A DNA stretch of 63,009 bases from a virus (Duplodnaviria > Caudoviricetes). This document shows positions 39,013 through 47,732 of this stretch, one piece after another. The notes below the pieces were generated by a model that saw only the letters and a program-made list of their open reading frames with translations, was not told where the DNA came from and searched no databases. Within the stretch, counting starts at the first letter, position 1. Every line of letters starts with the position of its first letter. The DNA is taken from positions 1 to 63,009 of IMG/VR virus record IMGVR_UViG_3300036774_000098; one strand, written 5' to 3'. A program made the translations under genes and the position numbers.

Positions 39013-39675
39013 ATGGATAAGAATTTCGACATCTGCCTGAAGTGGCTCTATGAGCACGAGGGCGGGTTGACGAACCTGAAGTACGACCGAGGAGGTCTTA
39101 CCAACAAGGGCGTCACCCACGAAGAGTATGACCGCTACCGACGGCTCAAGGGACAGCCCTTGAGGTCCGTCGAGTTCATCACCGACGAAGAGTCGAAGGA
39201 CATCTACTATACCTTCTACTGGAAGACCCTTCAGTGCCAGCTCATGCCGTCTGGCATGGACAACGTCATCTTCGACATGGGCGTCAACAACGGCGTGGTA
39301 GGCGCGGCCAAGGCTGCTCAGCGCGTCGCCAATGCGCTCCTGAAGAAGAACATCGCCGTCGACGGTCACATCGGCCCGATTTCCTGCGACGTCATCGACG
39401 ACTGCCCGGAGGTCGCCTTCATCGACGCCTTCTGTGACGAGCGCCTCCGCGTCGACCGTGGCTTCTTCAACTGGTTCAAGTTCGGCCGGGCCTGGACCAA
39501 CCGGGTCAATGGGAACAAGTCCCTGAGGATCGGGGCTGTCAGGGATCAGAGCAAGTCGCTGATCGACCCGATTGCAAAAGTCCAGAAGCCGCAGATGCCT
39601 GCGCCGACGATTATTCGCGTCTCTTTTTACGAGAGGCTCGTGTCCTTCCTTGCCAATTACTTTCGTCGAAGCTAA
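39013..39675 (+). CDS. Endolysin, GH108 family
   Basis: HEGG....DRGG.TN.GVT, IY...YW, FD.GVN.G, DG.IGP, FG..W.NR. Confidence 0.9.
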   Translation: MDKNFDICLKWLYEHEGGLTNLKYDRGGLTNKGVTHEEYDRYRRLKGQPLRSVEFITDEESKDIYYTFYWKTLQCQLMPSGMDNVIFDMGVNNGVVGAAKAAQRVANALLKKNIAVDGHIGPISCDVIDDCPEVAFIDAFCDERLRVDRGFFNWFKFGRAWTNRVNGNKSLRIGAVRDQSKSLIDPIAKVQKPQMPAPTIIRVSFYERLVSFLANYFRRS

Positions 39676-39705
39676 ACTGAATTCATTATCCCTTCGGAGG
39701 CCACC

Positions 39706-40263
39706 ATGTACACCGACCTGATTTCCATCATCGAAGGCGCCGCGCCGACTATCGCGTCCGCGCTTGTCCCTGGCCCCTTCAGCGCTCCCGCAGGCGCCCT
39801 GGCGACCGTGGCCATCTCTCACCTTGCGGAAGGGCTGGGCCTTCCTCATCCAGCCAGCCCGAAGGAAATCATGGATAAGCTGGGCGATATCAGCCCTGTC
39901 ATCCGTGACGCCGTTCTGTCGCGCGCTGACGCCAACTTCCAGACGACCCTGTCTCCGGTGCTTCCTGCGGCTCCCGCCGTTCCTGCGCCAACGTCGAGCC
40001 CTGTGGAGGCCATCCAGCCTGCCGAACATACCGGCATCACATCTGACCTGCCGAGCCACATCGTCTACCTCGTCCTGTCCATCATCGGCGGCGCCCTGGC
40101 GAGCAAGGGGATTGATCTCGGAAACGTGTCTCAGTCGATTCTCGGATCGTCCGACCTCCACGTCGGCGCGTCGATCATCGCTGGAGCGCTCACTCTCCTC
40201 TGGCGTGATGTGCGCGGCACCAACGCCAACACGAAGATCATGGCGTCCGCCACGCAGCCGTGA
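39706..40263 (+). CDS. Putative holin
   Basis: APTIASAL.GP N-terminus and hydrophobic C-terminal segments; follows the endolysin. Confidence 0.55.
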   Translation: MYTDLISIIEGAAPTIASALVPGPFSAPAGALATVAISHLAEGLGLPHPASPKEIMDKLGDISPVIRDAVLSRADANFQTTLSPVLPAAPAVPAPTSSPVEAIQPAEHTGITSDLPSHIVYLVLSIIGGALASKGIDLGNVSQSILGSSDLHVGASIIAGALTLLWRDVRGTNANTKIMASATQP

Positions 40264-40295
40264 TACAAGAGGGGAGTGGCAAAAGGGGCGTCGCC

Positions 40296-40712
40296 ATGTC
40301 AAAGAGCGACGGAGACAAGGATATGGACAATCGCGTCGGCCGACTTGAACAGTCGGTCGCCGTCTTGCAGACAACCCAAGACGGCATGAAGCATACCCTG
40401 GACAAGGTGGCTTCCGGCCTGGATGTGTTGCTTCAGCAGCAATCTGAGATGAGGGCTCAGAAGCCCTTCTCTGTCAGGGACAGCTTGTCCACGATCCTGA
40501 CGACGCTGGGGATTTTCACGATCATCATCACGGCGTTGACGTGGAAAATAGATACGCAGGCTACAGCCAAAGCCGAGCCTGCGATCAAGGTTACGGAGAT
40601 GATTATGAAGGACGGGGACTACTTCATTCTCAAAGCCAGGGTGGCTCAGCTCGAGCAGGCCTTAGCCTGGAAGCCCGTCCTGGTTTCTGCTGAAGTCGCA
40701 TCTCGCCACTGA
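40296..40712 (+). CDS. Membrane protein (coiled coil plus one TM) at the end of the lysis module
   Basis: RVGRLEQSVA; TM ILTTLGIFTIIITALTW. Confidence 0.55.
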   Translation: MSKSDGDKDMDNRVGRLEQSVAVLQTTQDGMKHTLDKVASGLDVLLQQQSEMRAQKPFSVRDSLSTILTTLGIFTIIITALTWKIDTQATAKAEPAIKVTEMIMKDGDYFILKARVAQLEQALAWKPVLVSAEVASRH

Positions 40713-41024
40713 TTGGACGGCCGGCTCGATGAACCGGCTGTCCACTAACACCGGGTTGACGGTTCCCCGGCCATTATGCGCCATCACCAGACAATCCCCG
40801 ATGATGACGTTATGCATCCCAAGTGGGTTGTCGTCCGTCCCCACGATGCTGTTCACCCACTGGATGAAGGCGAAGTTCCCTGTGTACGGCTTGTCTGTGT
40901 CTCCAAGAGTGAACAGATGTAGGTTCTTCTTGAGTCTCACCAATTGGCCCACAGAAAAATCAGCTCTGTTCAGGAAGTCACGCGCTGCATCGGAGAGCAT
41001 CTTATCTTCTTCAGTCATATCCAT
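40662..41024 (-). CDS. Hypothetical protein
   Basis: FSVGQLVRLK...DSRF; last gene of the leftward operon. Confidence 0.55.
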   Translation of the reverse strand: MDMTEEDKMLSDAARDFLNRADFSVGQLVRLKKNLHLFTLGDTDKPYTGNFAFIQWVNSIVGTDDNPLGMHNVIIGDCLVMAHNGRGTVNPVLVDSRFIEPAVQSVARCDFSRNQDGLPG

Positions 41025-41395
41025 GACTCTAACTTTTCCTTCGCGATCATTCGCAGGTTGTCACTTATTTTCATGAGTACGTTATTCATTTCGAGAACGT
41101 ACTCTTTCCCTCTGGGAGTTATATCCCATCCGTAAGCCCGATTGTCAATCGGATCTCGTGTGACCAGCTTGTCAATGCGGAGGCAGTGAAGCAGGTCCGC
41201 CGTCGATGATCTGTCCAGGCCGGTCTCCCAGGCGATGTCAGGAGCCTGCCTCGTTCCCCCGTTGACAGCCCTCAGGACCTTGAACCGCTGGTAGCTGATC
41301 GGAAGCCGGTTGGGGAACTCTTCGCGGAGCGTCTCGTCCCACAGGCGCTTCATGTCTTTGAACGCCTGCTCCGTGTCATGAATGATGTCATTCAT
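41015..41395 (-). CDS. MarR-like winged-helix regulator
   Basis: F.VL....DIA..TGLDRSS...L..L....LVTR...DNRA....ITPRG. Confidence 0.7.
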   Translation of the reverse strand: MNDIIHDTEQAFKDMKRLWDETLREEFPNRLPISYQRFKVLRAVNGGTRQAPDIAWETGLDRSSTADLLHCLRIDKLVTRDPIDNRAYGWDITPRGKEYVLEMNNVLMKISDNLRMIAKEKLESWI

Positions 41396-41846
41396 CTTCA
41401 AATCTCCTGGTGACTCTCCCATCTACTCCCTTCTTCCACTTACTGTTTTTCCCCGTGGCCCACGTGCTGGGCTTCTTGTCTTTCCGCGGCTCCAGCCCGG
41501 CGACGGCCCGCGCCAGCCGCTCGGTCTTCGCCTTGATCTTAACCTCGAGCTTGCTCTTCGGCTTGTGGCAACAGTCCAGGCCAAGCCTCATGACGTCCTT
41601 GGCGGTGATCGGAGGCCGCTCGTTGGGGTGCATGGCGTTGAACACCTCCGGGTGGATGTGATCGTACTGGGCCTTCTTCGTGCCCAGTACCTCGCCACAC
41701 CCCTCACAGCGCATGAACAGGAGGTCTCCATCCGGGCGACGCTTGGTCCGCGTCTGATCGTAGACACGTTTGAAGACCTCCTTCTGGACCTTATCCGGGA
41801 TCTCAACGCGAGGCCTTTCCGGTGTAAAGAATCCAGCCTTGACCAT
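41388..41846 (-). CDS. HNH-like endonuclease
   Basis: RCEGCG, YDHIHP, CCH..KS, WKK.VDG. Confidence 0.65.
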   Translation of the reverse strand: MVKAGFFTPERPRVEIPDKVQKEVFKRVYDQTRTKRRPDGDLLFMRCEGCGEVLGTKKAQYDHIHPEVFNAMHPNERPPITAKDVMRLGLDCCHKPKSKLEVKIKAKTERLARAVAGLEPRKDKKPSTWATGKNSKWKKGVDGRVTRRFEDE

Positions 41847-42097
41847 TAGTTCGCCCTTGAGACTTCATTGACTCTAAGCTGCACTTCGTCTCCCAGGATG
41901 TGGGCTGCCAGGAAGCTGGCGACGAATGCAGCCCTGTCGTCAGGGTTGACATTGCCTCCGACGATGAAGTGGTTGCCTCCGTCGCTGGCGTCCCCCGCCA
42001 TGATCAAGCAAATCGAATACTTACCGCTGTCGATGCTCTGGAGGACGCTGGCGACGCGATCGAAGTCGCGGTTCATCTCTTCAAGTTTCTCGTCCAT
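41846..42097 (-). CDS. Hypothetical protein
   Basis: TAATG coupling at both ends. Confidence 0.55.
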   Translation of the reverse strand: MDEKLEEMNRDFDRVASVLQSIDSGKYSICLIMAGDASDGGNHFIVGGNVNPDDRAAFVASFLAAHILGDEVQLRVNEVSRAN

Positions 42098-42465
42098 TAA
42101 AAGTGTCCCTTCCGGTTGTTGGCGTTCTGGGTGCGCCAGATTTCGATGACGTTCTCGGCGGCCTTGAGTCTCAATCGGGCGGCTCCGAGTTCCCCCGCCG
42201 CCCTGGCCGCCTTCTTCAGGGCGTCGCCGTATTCCTTGGACGCCCTGGCCTTCCATTTGATCTTGTCGATGGGCATCTTCTGATACCCCTCGGAGATGGC
42301 GTCGGCGAGCTGAGCCTCAACGGCCGGCACCATGGCTTCGAACAGGTTGGCGTTATGGATCAGCCGGGCGATCTCGCTCATGCCTCCATCTGGATGCTCA
42401 AGGGTGAGATCATTGTACGTATTTATAGCGAGTTCCATATCCCGTTCGGAGATCAGGTCCGCCAT
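42097..42465 (-). CDS. Helical phage protein of recombination modules
   Basis: ARAS.EY...L......A....IEIWRT.NAN.R. Confidence 0.6.
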   Translation of the reverse strand: MADLISERDMELAINTYNDLTLEHPDGGMSEIARLIHNANLFEAMVPAVEAQLADAISEGYQKMPIDKIKWKARASKEYGDALKKAARAAGELGAARLRLKAAENVIEIWRTQNANNRKGHF

Positions 42466-42713
42466 CAGCAGTCCTCCAGGACGCCGATCCCGTTGTCAGG
42501 CCGGTCGTGCAACTCGTGGAAGTCTTTGACGACCTTCCACTCCTCGGCGGTCACCGTCTCCGGGGAGAGCATGGCCTGCAGGGAGAGGATGGTAAGGCAC
42601 TCGCTCTCGCCAACGCCGTTATCATTCAGAGCCCAGCGCTTGGTCGCCGGTATCTTCTTGTAGCGGAGGACGGCGATGATCGCCGAGTCGAACCCGTTGA
42701 TCTTATTCGCCAT
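42465..42713 (-). CDS. Hypothetical protein
   Basis: GAGG RBS; TGATG coupling. Confidence 0.5.
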   Translation of the reverse strand: MANKINGFDSAIIAVLRYKKIPATKRWALNDNGVGESECLTILSLQAMLSPETVTAEEWKVVKDFHELHDRPDNGIGVLEDC

Positions 42714-42894
42714 CTTCATCCTCCCCAAGCTCTTCGCGGTAGAACTCTTTCGTGGCCTCGTGGTACTGCTCCCAGTTGTCGACGCCACCGGCAACCAGGG
42801 CCTTGAGCAGTTTCTGGTCAGTCTCGAGCTGCTTCAGGTATCCCTCGGTCACCAGCACCAGGGCGACCTGGGTTTCACATTTGGTTTCAGTCAT
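42703..42894 (-). CDS. Small protein with T7 gp1.7-like motif
   Basis: LKAL.AGGVDNWEQY; AAGGAGG RBS. Confidence 0.55.
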   Translation of the reverse strand: MTETKCETQVALVLVTEGYLKQLETDQKLLKALVAGGVDNWEQYHEATKEFYREELGEDEDGE

Positions 42895-42945
42895 GTCATC
42901 CTCCTTTAAAGGAGATGGAGCCGAAGCTCCATCTAAGTCATTGTT

Positions 42946-43662
42946 TCAAAACGGGATTTCGTCGTCTAGGTCTTTGTCGAAATGCCCTTGGCCTTCCGGG
43001 ATTGCATCATGAGGGGGAGGGTTGCGCTCGTCATAACCACCGCGCGGGGGCTCCCCATTGCTGCGGCGCCCATCATCACCATCGCGGCCCTGTGCGCGGC
43101 CATCTCTTCCGCCGCGCTCATCCTCGAAAGGGCGCTGTCCTTCGTTGGACCGCCTCCTGTCGTCTTCGTCGCGCGCCCGGCGATCGTCTTCGTCCCTTTC
43201 GCGCCGGTTGTCGTAGCGCTCCGCATCCCTTCCCGAACCACGCCGATCATCATCGCGACCATCGCGATAACCGCCGCCGCGATTGCCGCTGCGGTCCCCA
43301 TCATCGCGAGGTCTGTTCCTGTCATGGTCATCACGCCTTCCTCCACTGTCATTGCAAGGGTCTCCCAGGGCAAAGCGGATCACGGGGCTCTTGTCTCCGC
43401 CGCCGCGCTGATACCAACCGGAGATCCAGAAGTCCTCGCCATTGATGTTGATCTTGCCGTTCAGGTCCGGGGACTTCTCGTTTCGCTTATCGCGCTCGTC
43501 GACTTCCCAGAAGGCTCCCTTGTTGGTGTTGTCGTACTCCTGATTGCCTCGGCCGCGCCCGCCGCCAGACCCGCCGCGACCGCCCCCAGAGCGGCCGTAA
43601 CCACCACCGCCACCACCCCGATTGCCACCATAATTTCCTCCGCCTCTGTTACCGTATGCCAT
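42946..43662 (-). CDS. SSB-like protein with RGG N-terminus, long charged disordered region and DDEIPF tail
   Basis: NKGA.W...K..EK.PD..G.INI.G..FWISGW core; SSB-type acidic-aromatic C-terminus. Confidence 0.7.
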   Translation of the reverse strand: MAYGNRGGGNYGGNRGGGGGGYGRSGGGRGGSGGGRGRGNQEYDNTNKGAFWEVDERDKRNEKSPDLNGKININGEDFWISGWYQRGGGDKSPVIRFALGDPCNDSGGRRDDHDRNRPRDDGDRSGNRGGGYRDGRDDDRRGSGRDAERYDNRRERDEDDRRARDEDDRRRSNEGQRPFEDERGGRDGRAQGRDGDDGRRSNGEPPRGGYDERNPPPHDAIPEGQGHFDKDLDDEIPF

Positions 43663-43672
43663 GTAGGCCTCC

Positions 43673-44482
43673 TTACCACGCCTTCTCAATGCGTTTCATG
43701 ATTTCGTCAGCTTCACGCAGAGCGAGGAAACAATCCTCATCCTGCTTATTCCTCGGGAACATTCTCATGCTGTAGCTCCCGGTTACCTTGTCGAGATGGA
43801 TCAGCCCTCCCCAGGGATAAGCTTCACCATCTTCTTCCTCCAGGGCGATCCGATAGGCCGCGATCTGGATGGCCATGTCCGGGTACAGCCCGGAACTCGT
43901 CTTGATGTCGTAGACGCCCTTCCTGCCATTGATCCTGGCCGTCAGGTCCGTCGTCCCGCAGTACAACCACCGCTCGGAGAACAGGACGCGCTCCGAAGAG
44001 ATGACCTCGACGTCGTTGTCCTTCCACCATTTGTGGAAAGCGGCGACGCCATTATCGTACTGAGCCCGCTCCTGCGACGTCAGGATCTTCTTCGGCGGGG
44101 CAGGGCTCTTATCGCCCTTGAAGAAAGCCTCTGCGTAGGAGTGGACCAGCTTGCCGACGTCCGCCGCTCCCTTGGCCTTCTTGGCGTAGGCCTTCCGGGC
44201 GTCGTTGGCGATCTCATTGACCTCGGCGACCGAGAATGTGATCTGCTCTTCAGGGTTGGTCTCGTCATATCCAGCCAGCAGACTGGCCTTGAAATACTCG
44301 GCGGCCATGTTCGCCGCCCAAGGGATCAGCCCTTCCTTGGAGAGCCGCTTCAGTATTGAAGTCACCCCGGCGATCATCAGCGCCGAGCCATCAGCACATC
44401 GCATCTCCTCGCATGTGTAGACGTGGCGTCTCCCATCGAACTTGATCGTCAGCCTACCGCCATACAGCTTATGTTCCGACAT
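43673..44482 (-). CDS. PD-(D/E)XK exonuclease
   Basis: H.Y, GVTSIL, L..WA, G..VH, SE, YCGT.D, DIKTS, Q.AAY. Confidence 0.85.
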   Translation of the reverse strand: MSEHKLYGGRLTIKFDGRRHVYTCEEMRCADGSALMIAGVTSILKRLSKEGLIPWAANMAAEYFKASLLAGYDETNPEEQITFSVAEVNEIANDARKAYAKKAKGAADVGKLVHSYAEAFFKGDKSPAPPKKILTSQERAQYDNGVAAFHKWWKDNDVEVISSERVLFSERWLYCGTTDLTARINGRKGVYDIKTSSGLYPDMAIQIAAYRIALEEEDGEAYPWGGLIHLDKVTGSYSMRMFPRNKQDEDCFLALREADEIMKRIEKAW

Positions 44483-44510
44483 TCGTTGACCTTTCTCCTT
44501 TGGAAGACCT

Positions 44511-44580
44511 CTTATAACAGGATACGGAACATGTGTCAATCATTAAAATGTTGACACGGTTTGGCCATCTTGATAAAGAT
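44511..44580. promoter_or_regulatory. Back-to-back divergent sigma70 promoters
   Basis: Minus: TTGACA-17-TATAAG. Plus: TTGACA at 44551 with a weaker -10. The two -35 boxes form an inverted repeat. Confidence 0.65.
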
Positions 44581-44631
44581 GTGGGGCAAATACACAACTG
44601 TGTAACTGAAATGCAACATAGGGAACACCAA

Positions 44632-45243
44632 ATGAAGAAGCTTCTCGCCCTCGCAGTTCTGGGCGCTCTGTCTACCTCTGCGGCGGCTGCTGATCTTGGC
44701 GGCTCCATGAAAGATACTTACGAATCTGCGGTGGCTCCGTGCGGCTCTAAGACCTGGACTGGCTTCACTTTGTCGGTCGGCATCCGCGCCGACATGATGG
44801 ACATCGGGCAGACGTCCATAGCCAATGGAGCCGACTTGTCTGCCAGCGTTCGCGACCTCGGCGTCGAAGGCCATCTGGCTGCAGACTACCAGTTCGCTAA
44901 CTCTCCTCTCGTACTTGGCGGATTCGGATCAATCGGCTATAATGGCGCCTCGACGGTGATCGACGAGAGCCTGGGCGTCATCGGCGGCGTGGCTATCGGA
45001 AACGTTCTGCCTTACGCATTGATCAGCGCCGAATTCATGGACACCAAGTGGTCTGATTTTGCTGGTGGAACCAGCTCGTTTGGCATCACGAGCTCTGGCT
45101 ACGGTGTCGGTGGCGGCGTCAAATTCCGCATCACCAACCATCTGGTCGCCGGTGTCGAGTACAAGCGCATCTACTGGGGCAGCGTTGAAGGCATCGACAT
45201 TAAGGAAGATCGCATCGCGGCAAGGGTTGGCTATCAGTTCTGA
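44632..45243 (+). CDS. Outer-membrane beta-barrel protein (Omp25/RopB-like)
   Basis: Signal peptide, AADLGGSMKD, TWTGF, GYG.GGGV, GVEY, C-terminal RVGYQF. Confidence 0.85.
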   Translation: MKKLLALAVLGALSTSAAAADLGGSMKDTYESAVAPCGSKTWTGFTLSVGIRADMMDIGQTSIANGADLSASVRDLGVEGHLAADYQFANSPLVLGGFGSIGYNGASTVIDESLGVIGGVAIGNVLPYALISAEFMDTKWSDFAGGTSSFGITSSGYGVGGGVKFRITNHLVAGVEYKRIYWGSVEGIDIKEDRIAARVGYQF

Positions 45244-45283
45244 ATGTGCTAGACTCTAAAAGCTAAAGCAAAAGACAGACTGT

Positions 45284-45312
45284 GCCGGGCGTCAAAAGCG
45301 TCCGGCTTTTTT
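45284..45312 (+). terminator. Terminator after the porin gene
   Basis: GCCGGGCG-tcaaaag-CGTCCGGC-TTTTTT. Confidence 0.8.
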
Positions 45313-45330
45313 ATGCCACAAGGAGAAGAC

Positions 45331-45993
45331 ATGTTCGTCTGGGACAGACACACCGTTCAGATCGCCGTCGTGCTGGCTAAGGCCGGCTACTCCTCTCAAG
45401 AGACGGCGACCATCCTCGGGATCAGCCGGAGCGCCGTGCTCGGGCGCTCGAACAGGAAGCGGGAGTTCCAGTTCAAGACGCCGTGCCGCGGCGTGCAGCT
45501 CGCCGAGGAAGCCAGGGCCATTCGACTTGAGGCCGCCAGGGAGCTGATCAAGGACGTCATCCCACCTGCCGAGCCCCACCAGCCTATCGAGTTCGTCTCG
45601 AAGAAGACCAGGGAGCGCATCGCCGCCTTCAAGGCCAGGAAGAATCCGAAGGTCATTATCCGCCGTGATCCGCTGACCGAAAAGCCTCTCACCGAGGAGG
45701 AGAAGCGGCTCCTCTTCACTGTCGAAGGAGGGAACCCAAACTCCGTCAAGTTCCTTGACCTGAAGGAAAAGCATTGCAGATGGATCGTGTCGGAGGTAGA
45801 CGGCATCGACACAGTTTTCTGTGGGAACAAGCACATAGAGGGATCACAATATTGCGAGCACCATCGGGTAAGAAGCATAAGACAGCACCAGCCAAAGCGC
45901 CTCAACTACAAAAAGGTCCTGCTGCTGGATCAAAATATCGTGCACGTGGCTCCTACGATGGAGAAGAATACTTCAGCTCTCAAAAAGAGCTGA
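45331..45993 (+). CDS. gcrA: GcrA-like cell-cycle regulator
   Basis: W.....L...GYS....A..LGISRSAVLG...R; LDL....CRW....FCG.....YC..H. Confidence 0.85.
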   Translation: MFVWDRHTVQIAVVLAKAGYSSQETATILGISRSAVLGRSNRKREFQFKTPCRGVQLAEEARAIRLEAARELIKDVIPPAEPHQPIEFVSKKTRERIAAFKARKNPKVIIRRDPLTEKPLTEEEKRLLFTVEGGNPNSVKFLDLKEKHCRWIVSEVDGIDTVFCGNKHIEGSQYCEHHRVRSIRQHQPKRLNYKKVLLLDQNIVHVAPTMEKNTSALKKS

Positions 45994-46247
45994 AGCGTTT
46001 CAAGCAGCTCCAGCTCCTGGAGAAGCTAGGCGAGATCAAGGACCTCAAGCGGCAGGTCCGGCACAAGCTGGTGGTCAACGGAGTCCTGATCGCCACCTAC
46101 GTCTCTGACGCCGAGTATGTCGAGGTCGCCACCGGCCGGAAGATCGTCGAGGACACTAAGTCCCCAATGACAAAAAAGCTGGCGCCATACAGGATGAAGC
46201 GCCAGCTCATGCTTGCCTTGTTCGGAATCAAGATCCTGGAGACTTAG
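45852..46247 (+). CDS. DUF1064-family nuclease-like protein
   Basis: SKY.A, F.S.KE..R, L.RQV, Y..D..Y, VEDTK, Y.MK; probable TTG start with GAGGG RBS. Confidence 0.75.
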   Translation: MRAPSGKKHKTAPAKAPQLQKGPAAGSKYRARGSYDGEEYFSSQKELKRFKQLQLLEKLGEIKDLKRQVRHKLVVNGVLIATYVSDAEYVEVATGRKIVEDTKSPMTKKLAPYRMKRQLMLALFGIKILET

Positions 46248-46339
46248 TCCTGGACACCGTCGTCGTTCGGATCGGTCGGGACGTGGATCTCTCCAGGGTC
46301 TCGCCGCTCCGGTTCGTCAGGCTGATCGTCATCGCACAT
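46244..46339 (-). CDS. 31-aa acidic micro-protein
   Basis: MCDDDQPDEPERRDPGEIHVPTDPNDDGVQD; TGATG coupling, GGAG RBS. Confidence 0.6.
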   Translation of the reverse strand: MCDDDQPDEPERRDPGEIHVPTDPNDDGVQD

Positions 46340-46461
46340 CAGATGACGTCTCCCTGCTCTCCAGGCTGGTCCCAGGGGTCTCCCGCTGGCTCCTGCGGCT
46401 GGCCCGTGGTATCGATCGGGCCGTCGTCCACTTCCGTGGGCATCTCGTCAGGTCCACACAT
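46339..46461 (-). CDS. 40-aa acidic micro-protein
   Basis: MCGPDEMPTEVDDGPIDTTGQPQEPAGDPWDQPGEQGDVI; TGATG coupling, GAGGAG RBS. Confidence 0.6.
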   Translation of the reverse strand: MCGPDEMPTEVDDGPIDTTGQPQEPAGDPWDQPGEQGDVI

Positions 46462-46595
46462 CACTTCGTCTCCTCGTTGTGGTCCTCGCAGGGGCAGGGC
46501 TCGTAACCAGACCCGACTTCAGGATCAGGCTCATAGACGCCGGTCCCTTCACATGTCGGGCACACCGGCTCTTCAGTCGGGGTTCCGTCACTCAT
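46461..46595 (-). CDS. 44-aa acidic Cys-containing micro-protein
   Basis: MSDGTPTEEPVCPTCEGTGVYEPDPEVGSGYEPCPCEDHNEETK; CxxCxGxG motif. Confidence 0.6.
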   Translation of the reverse strand: MSDGTPTEEPVCPTCEGTGVYEPDPEVGSGYEPCPCEDHNEETK

Positions 46596-46749
46596 GGGTC
46601 ACGTGTCCTTCCGGCGTCACCGGCACATGCACGTTCGGCTGAGGGCCTGGGCCGTACTCGATGGGGATGATCCCGGTGGAGTCAGGAGCCGTCTCGGCGC
46701 GCTCTGAGAGCTCCCGGTACTCTTCCTGCATCTGTTCATTGTCACTCAT
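46588..46749 (-). CDS. 53-aa acidic micro-protein
   Basis: MSDNEQMQEEYRELSERAETAPDSTGIIPIEYGPGPQPNVHVPVTPEGHVTHE; AAGGAGG RBS. Confidence 0.65.
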   Translation of the reverse strand: MSDNEQMQEEYRELSERAETAPDSTGIIPIEYGPGPQPNVHVPVTPEGHVTHE

Positions 46750-46761
46750 ATTCGTCCTCCT

Positions 46762-47559
46762 TCAGACGTCCACATCAACCTTCAGGATGAAGGCTGAAGC
46801 TCCTCGGCCCTTCTTCAAGGGTCCGATCTCCGAGAGGCATACGCCGTCCTTGTACAGGGCGGCTCCTCCCACATTCTCCTCGACGCGGTAGCCGACCGTC
46901 TGCATGCCGACGGAGCCGACGCATGCGAAGTAGCAACCCATCTCCTTCGACCGTAGCTTGGCGTGGTTGAATATCCACTTATGCCCGTCGACGGTCTTCT
47001 CGTTTCCCTCGAACGTGCACATCGAAGGCATGAACACAAGCTCCACGCCGTCGGCCTTCAGCTCCTTGAACTCCTCCGCCTTGGCCGTGTCATGGCAGAT
47101 CGCGATGGCGCAGGTGACGCCCATGAACTTGAAGACGTCGAGCTTCTCTCCAGGCTTGAGATACCAGCCCATCCGATCCGTCTCCTCGTCGGTGAGCGAC
47201 ATCTTGTCCTGGACCGCTAGGACGCCGTCCTCGTCGATGAAGTGCGCCCGGTTGACGTAGCCGTCTTTCGTCAGCACCGGCCAGCTCCCTGGCAGGATCG
47301 CTATCTCGTAGCGCCTGACGAGCCCACAGACCTTCTCGGCAAAGTTCATCTCTTTGATCTCATGGGCCATCCAGCCGATCTCATCGGTCGGCTTCAGATC
47401 GTTAGGAGCGTAGTCGAGCACCTGCATGGCCCAGTACTCTGGCAGCACCAGGACGCTACAGTCCCGACTGTCGAAGGCGAGCCGTTCCAGCCGGGCAAGA
47501 AGTCCGGCGCAGTTCGTTATGGGTTTTCCCATATTCGCCGCAGCAAGTGCTATTCTCAT
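46762..47559 (-). CDS. Nitrilase / carbon-nitrogen hydrolase family protein
   Basis: VLVLPEYW (Glu), N.A, QDK (Lys), IAICHD (Cys), FMPS. Confidence 0.85.
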   Translation of the reverse strand: MRIALAAANMGKPITNCAGLLARLERLAFDSRDCSVLVLPEYWAMQVLDYAPNDLKPTDEIGWMAHEIKEMNFAEKVCGLVRRYEIAILPGSWPVLTKDGYVNRAHFIDEDGVLAVQDKMSLTDEETDRMGWYLKPGEKLDVFKFMGVTCAIAICHDTAKAEEFKELKADGVELVFMPSMCTFEGNEKTVDGHKWIFNHAKLRSKEMGCYFACVGSVGMQTVGYRVEENVGGAALYKDGVCLSEIGPLKKGRGASAFILKVDVDV

Positions 47560-47732
47560 TGTTCCTTGTCTTTCATTTTCAGAATGAAGTCTTCAGGAGG
47601 AACGCGCACTATGTTGAATTTACCCATCGCAGCATCCACAGTTATGACCTGAACAGTCATCCCATATATCAGCAGGTCCTCGATCATCTTGGCCTTTGGG
47701 TATATCAGGTCCCCTTCGTCTTCCTCCTCCAT
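47556..47732 (-). CDS. 58-aa hypothetical protein
   Basis: MEEEDEGDLIYPK...; TGATG-coupled to the ligase and ATGA-coupled to the nitrilase. Confidence 0.55.
   Translation of the reverse strand: MEEEDEGDLIYPKAKMIEDLLIYGMTVQVITVDAAMGKFNIVRVPPEDFILKMKDKEQ

Noticed and set aside
45774-45993. Programmed frameshift fusing GcrA to DUF1064
   Set aside because: An in-frame TTG with GAGGG RBS at 45852 explains the overlap more simply.
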